NCBI GenBank assembly: GCA_963668315.1
Contig: OY764216.1
Span: forward strand, 2,624,001 to 2,688,000
Source: Spirochaetia bacterium
GTDB taxonomy: Bacteria; Spirochaetota; Spirochaetia; DSM-2461
Length of the DNA stretch: 64,000 nt
Direction of reading: 5' to 3'
Shown: one piece after another, positions 60,271-64,000 of the stretch
Numbering within the stretch: the stretch's first letter is position 1
Layout of the letters: each line of letters opens with the position of its first letter
Program-made: the position numbers and the translations under genes
Notes under the pieces: model-generated
What the model was told of the DNA's origin: nothing
Databases searched by the model: none
What the model saw: only the letters and a program-made list of their open reading frames with translations

Positions 60271-61386
60271 TCAGAAACGTTTCTTCAACTTTATCGCCCC
60301 CACAGGGCAAACCTCGTCGCAGCAGTAGCAGCGGATGCATTTCCCGTAATCGATGGTAACCCTTTTCTTTTTTCCTTCTCCCGTGAAGGAGAGGGCTTGG
60401 GCCGGGCAGATTTCAAGACATTTTCCGCATCTGATGCAATTCCTGTGACGGAAGAAGGGGCGGGGTACAATCAAATTCTTCAAAAGGGGTCTCAGAGACG
60501 GGGGTACCATGCCTACATACTGGGGTATCAGGGGGATCCTTTTAAAATCGCTGCAGACAAAGGAGTCCCTTTCCTCTCCCGTCAGTTCTATCTCATCGGG
60601 TGAATTGATCCAGAGGGGGCTTTTAAGCATGACGGCATGGATGGGCAGGGATGGCCCGTCGTAACCGATCAGTTCCGAAGCGGTTATATCCAGGGCCAGC
60701 AGATCGGCCGACCCCAGTATGACATTCATGGCCCGGGGAGTCCCGTTTCCCGGACCCCGTCCTTCCATGGCGATTATTCCGTCCATAATGGCGTAGTCGG
60801 CTTTCACCGTCAGGTTGAGGTCGGCAATGAGGCGGGCGAAGTCTTCCTTTTCGGGATAACGCATATGGAAGCCCGATTTACCCAGTCCCGGGATCAGTCC
60901 GAAAAGGTTCTTCATGGCTCCTGTAAAGTACATGAGCCCGTGGGTCTTCAATTTGGGAAGGGAGAAGATCAGGTCCGCCCGGGAAACTTCCCGGGTCAGC
61001 TGGAACTGTCGGTGGAGAACGGCGTCATCGCTTCCGGCCGTTTCGGTTTTGTCGAATAGAACCCATTCGGCGCCGGTTTCCTCGCACACCTGCCAGAGCC
61101 CCGCCTTCTTCGCGGCGGCCGCGGGTGATCCCACTCCGGGAGAATCCCCCACGAGGACCGAAGACGCACCGAGCTCCTTTACGAGATTGATCACTCCCCT
61201 CAGCAGTTCGGGGTGGGTGGTTACCGCCTTCTCGGGAGAACTGCCCGAGAGCAGGTTCGGTTTGAGAAGAACCGACTTCCCCTTAACATCGGGAAAATCG
61301 GTCAGGGAGGGGAGGCGGGACAGCTGTTCGGCTATCCGTTCCCTGTTGTACCCTTCGCAGCCGAGGAGAGCTACGGACTGACTCAT
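60271..61386 (-). CDS. DUF362 domain protein with C-terminal 2x[4Fe-4S]
   Basis: Motifs LLKPNL, TTHP, PKLKTH and KNLFG; CIRCGKCLEICP and CIRCYCCDEVCP. Confidence 0.9.
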   Translation of the reverse strand: MSQSVALLGCEGYNRERIAEQLSRLPSLTDFPDVKGKSVLLKPNLLSGSSPEKAVTTHPELLRGVINLVKELGASSVLVGDSPGVGSPAAAAKKAGLWQVCEETGAEWVLFDKTETAGSDDAVLHRQFQLTREVSRADLIFSLPKLKTHGLMYFTGAMKNLFGLIPGLGKSGFHMRYPEKEDFARLIADLNLTVKADYAIMDGIIAMEGRGPGNGTPRAMNVILGSADLLALDITASELIGYDGPSLPIHAVMLKSPLWINSPDEIELTGEERDSFVCSDFKRIPLIPQYVGMVPPSLRPLLKNLIVPRPFFRHRNCIRCGKCLEICPAQALSFTGEGKKKRVTIDYGKCIRCYCCDEVCPVGAIKLKKRF

Positions 61387-64000
61387 GTCAGGACCGCCTC
61401 TTTGGTCTCCTCAGTCCGTCCGGTTGTTTCTTCCGGGCCGCCCGCCTTTTTCTGCCTGGCGTAGAACGCTTCCTTGGCGCCCCGGGCCAGAAAATCCAGC
61501 CGGTTGACCGCGTTGACCTCGCTCGAGCCGGCATCCCAGTCCAGGTAAAGAATATTCAGGCCCTTGTGGGACTCCTTCATCTTCTTCTCCATTCCCTTGG
61601 CGATGATGTGGTTGGCGATACAGCCGAAGGGCTGAATGCAGACCACGTCGGTAATGCCGTCCTCCACAAAGGAGCCGATATCGCCTGCGATAAGCCAGGA
61701 TTCGCCGTACTGGTTCACCAGCTCTATCATCTTCTCGGCATGATCGGCCAGATGGCGTATCCGGTGGATGGGAGGCGTGGGCTGAACGGCCTTGGCCAGA
61801 ATGGCGTTGGCTTTGCTGATATGGTGATCGACAAACATCTCAGCCAGACGGAGCCCCTTCAGTTTAAGCTGATTGGACTCGTTGATGAAGTTCTTCCAGT
61901 TGTACTCTTCGGTGATGAACATGGTCAGGAAGAAGTTGATCAGCGGCGGAACTTCCGGCTCTATTCCCTGTTCCATGAGCCAGTCGGTCATGTGGCCGTT
62001 GCTGAAGGGGTTGAACTTGACGTAGATCTCTCCCACTATACCCACTTTGGGAAGGGGGGCGGGATCGACATCGATGGCGTTGAACTCTTCAACCGCTTCG
62101 TTCAGGAGAGCGTAAAGCCGTCCGGGCCGTTTGAAGTCGACCCGATCCTTGCCGAGGGAGATGTACTTTTCGGCGATCGCCCAGGTCGTCCCTTTGATCC
62201 TCTCCCGGCTGGCGTGGCTGTAGAAGAGCCTTGCCAGTACATCGGCATAGATAATGCCGAAGAGGCTGTCAAGACGGAAGGTGGAGGGTATGGCAAAGCC
62301 CGGCTGGGGATTGAGTTTCTCTCCTCCCGCATGGGTGGAGATCGTGACGACGGGAACATCGGCGAATCCCGCCCGGATAAGGGCTTTCTTGAGCATGGAG
62401 ACATAGCTGGAGGCCCGGCACTGGCCGCCCGTCTGGGTCAGGCCCACCGCAATGTTGCTTGTATCGTACTTGCCGCTCTGCAGGGCTTTGATCAGATCGC
62501 CGATGACAATGGTCGCGGGGTAGCAGATATCGTTGTTCGAGTACTTCAGCCCCGTATCGATGCTCTTTCTGTCCGGTCCGGGAAGTATTTCCAGATCGTA
62601 GCCCATATTCCGGAAGGTGCTGACCAGAAAATCCGTATAGAAGGGGGAGAACACGGGAGCCAGAATCTTCCGGCCCTTGTCTTCCAGACCGAAAACAGCC
62701 GTGTTGACTCTTTCCAGCTTCTGGGGCGTGTAGCTGTCCCCCCTCATCTTGATCGACTCGATAAGAGAGCGGATACGCAGTTTCACCGAGCCGGGGCTGG
62801 TGATTTCGTCTATTTTCACAAGGGTGGGATTCTTCCCGTATCTGTTGAGAAGCGGTTTGATTTCATCCACCGTCAAGGCGTCGGGACCGCAGCCGAAGGA
62901 GTTGAGCTGAATGACTTCCACGTTATCCTGTTCGGCCGCCCAGAGGGCCGCTTCGTAGAGACGGTTGGGGAATGTCCACTGAGTCAGAACCTTCACATCG
63001 TCCAGGGCCGCCAGCTCGGAGTGGGGAATGGAGTCTTCCGTCACCAGGTCGAGACCGAGGGAGGTAATCATTTCACCCATCTTATGGCTTATCAGGGCAT
63101 CCACATGGTAGGGCCGTCCCAGGACCATCATGACGGTCCTGTTCTCTTTCCGGGCGGCATCCATGATGCGCGCTCCCGTCTCACGGACTTCCCGGCGGTA
63201 GTCGTCCTGGGCATTCAGGGCGGAGCGGAAAGCGGACAGTATCGTCTTCTCGTCAACACCCAGACCTTTCAGGTAGGAGAGGCAGAATTTTCTGATCAGT
63301 TTCTCCGATCCGAAGGAGAGGGGGGGCCTGTCGAAAGGAACGCCCCGGGCCTCGGGGTTGATGGACGACTCGATGACCTGGGGATAACCGGTGACCACGG
63401 GACAGTTATACTGATTGTCCGCCCCGTCGAATTCGTCCCGGCTGTATCTCACCATGGGGTAGAAGATTCTGTCCACGCCCTTTTCCAGGAGATTGAAGAT
63501 GTGCCCGTTGGTCAGTTTGGCGGGAAAGCAGATGTTTTCGCTCATAACCGTTCCGTAACCCGTAGCCGCCAGAGCCATGCTGGAGGGGTCGGAGAGGACC
63601 ACTTCGAACCCGCTCTTCACGAACAGCTCGCACCAGAAGGGGAAATCATCCCACATATTCAGTACCCGGGGAATACCGATTTTAACGGGATTCTCCCTGT
63701 CCGCCGGTTTCAGGGGGCGGTCGAAGAGAAGCTCCCTTTTCAGCTGATGCATATTGGTGCCGTTCCGGCTACCCTTGAGTCGGTTGGAGAAGATTTTCTC
63801 ACATTTGTTTCCCGCATAGAAAAAGCGGGATTCGCCGTTTTCAGTAAAGGTCATCCGGGTCACCTGGCAGAAATTCTCGCAGCCCTGGCACTTGATGCGC
63901 TTTCTTTCGTAGGCCGAAGCTTTCTCCAGATCGTCCAGGCCGATGAAGGCGGTGGCCGTGGTATTCATTTTCCAGTTGTCCCGGGCGATCAGAGCGGCGC
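61383..64000 (-). CDS. 2-hydroxyacyl-CoA dehydratase activase-related protein (DUF2229 type); C-terminal part, N-terminus beyond the window
   Basis: Motifs CQGCENFC, GNKCE, ICFPAK, GRPYH, SFGCGPDA, ICYPA, GGQCRAS and QPFGC. Confidence 0.88.
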   Translation of the reverse strand, partial: AALIARDNWKMNTTATAFIGLDDLEKASAYERKRIKCQGCENFCQVTRMTFTENGESRFFYAGNKCEKIFSNRLKGSRNGTNMHQLKRELLFDRPLKPADRENPVKIGIPRVLNMWDDFPFWCELFVKSGFEVVLSDPSSMALAATGYGTVMSENICFPAKLTNGHIFNLLEKGVDRIFYPMVRYSRDEFDGADNQYNCPVVTGYPQVIESSINPEARGVPFDRPPLSFGSEKLIRKFCLSYLKGLGVDEKTILSAFRSALNAQDDYRREVRETGARIMDAARKENRTVMMVLGRPYHVDALISHKMGEMITSLGLDLVTEDSIPHSELAALDDVKVLTQWTFPNRLYEAALWAAEQDNVEVIQLNSFGCGPDALTVDEIKPLLNRYGKNPTLVKIDEITSPGSVKLRIRSLIESIKMRGDSYTPQKLERVNTAVFGLEDKGRKILAPVFSPFYTDFLVSTFRNMGYDLEILPGPDRKSIDTGLKYSNNDICYPATIVIGDLIKALQSGKYDTSNIAVGLTQTGGQCRASSYVSMLKKALIRAGFADVPVVTISTHAGGEKLNPQPGFAIPSTFRLDSLFGIIYADVLARLFYSHASRERIKGTTWAIAEKYISLGKDRVDFKRPGRLYALLNEAVEEFNAIDVDPAPLPKVGIVGEIYVKFNPFSNGHMTDWLMEQGIEPEVPPLINFFLTMFITEEYNWKNFINESNQLKLKGLRLAEMFVDHHISKANAILAKAVQPTPPIHRIRHLADHAEKMIELVNQYGESWLIAGDIGSFVEDGITDVVCIQPFGCIANHIIAKGMEKKMKESHKGLNILYLDWDAGSSEVNAVNRLDFLARGAKEAFYARQKKAGGPEETTGRTEETKEAVLT

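Overview
A 64 kb window of bacterial chromosome, most likely from a free-living anaerobic spirochaete. This is inferred from the murG-cvpA-holB-histidine kinase-sigma54 regulator block (the Borrelia/Treponema hk2-rrp2 gene order), spirochaete-type lipoproteins and a PilZ-domain protein. The core genes are ddl, recQ, purL, thrS (with a T-box riboswitch), murG and polB. There is also a sugar/arabinan utilisation region, a cysteine/methionine cluster with two tandem Rrf2 regulators, and an oxidative-stress and cell-wall segment (katG, rubredoxin/rubrerythrin fusions, zupT, LysM amidase, L,D-transpeptidase). Five observations stand out. (1) A 12.9 kb segment is bracketed by two diverged, colinear 891-bp copies of the 3' part of polB, and no integrase is present. 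(2) An atypical single-ORF IS1-like element has an apparent TA target, and a matching 131-bp MITE lies 3 kb away. (3) A 1515-aa beta-barrel-type protein resembles the T9SS translocon SprA. (4) A voltage-sensor domain is fused to a sensor loop and a HAMP-like segment, with no K+ filter. (5) Three GTCC repeats in exact 10-bp phase lie in front of an excisionase-HTH/PTS-EIIA gene. I saw no rRNA, tRNA or CRISPR array. All product calls come from motif recognition by eye; no database search was run.
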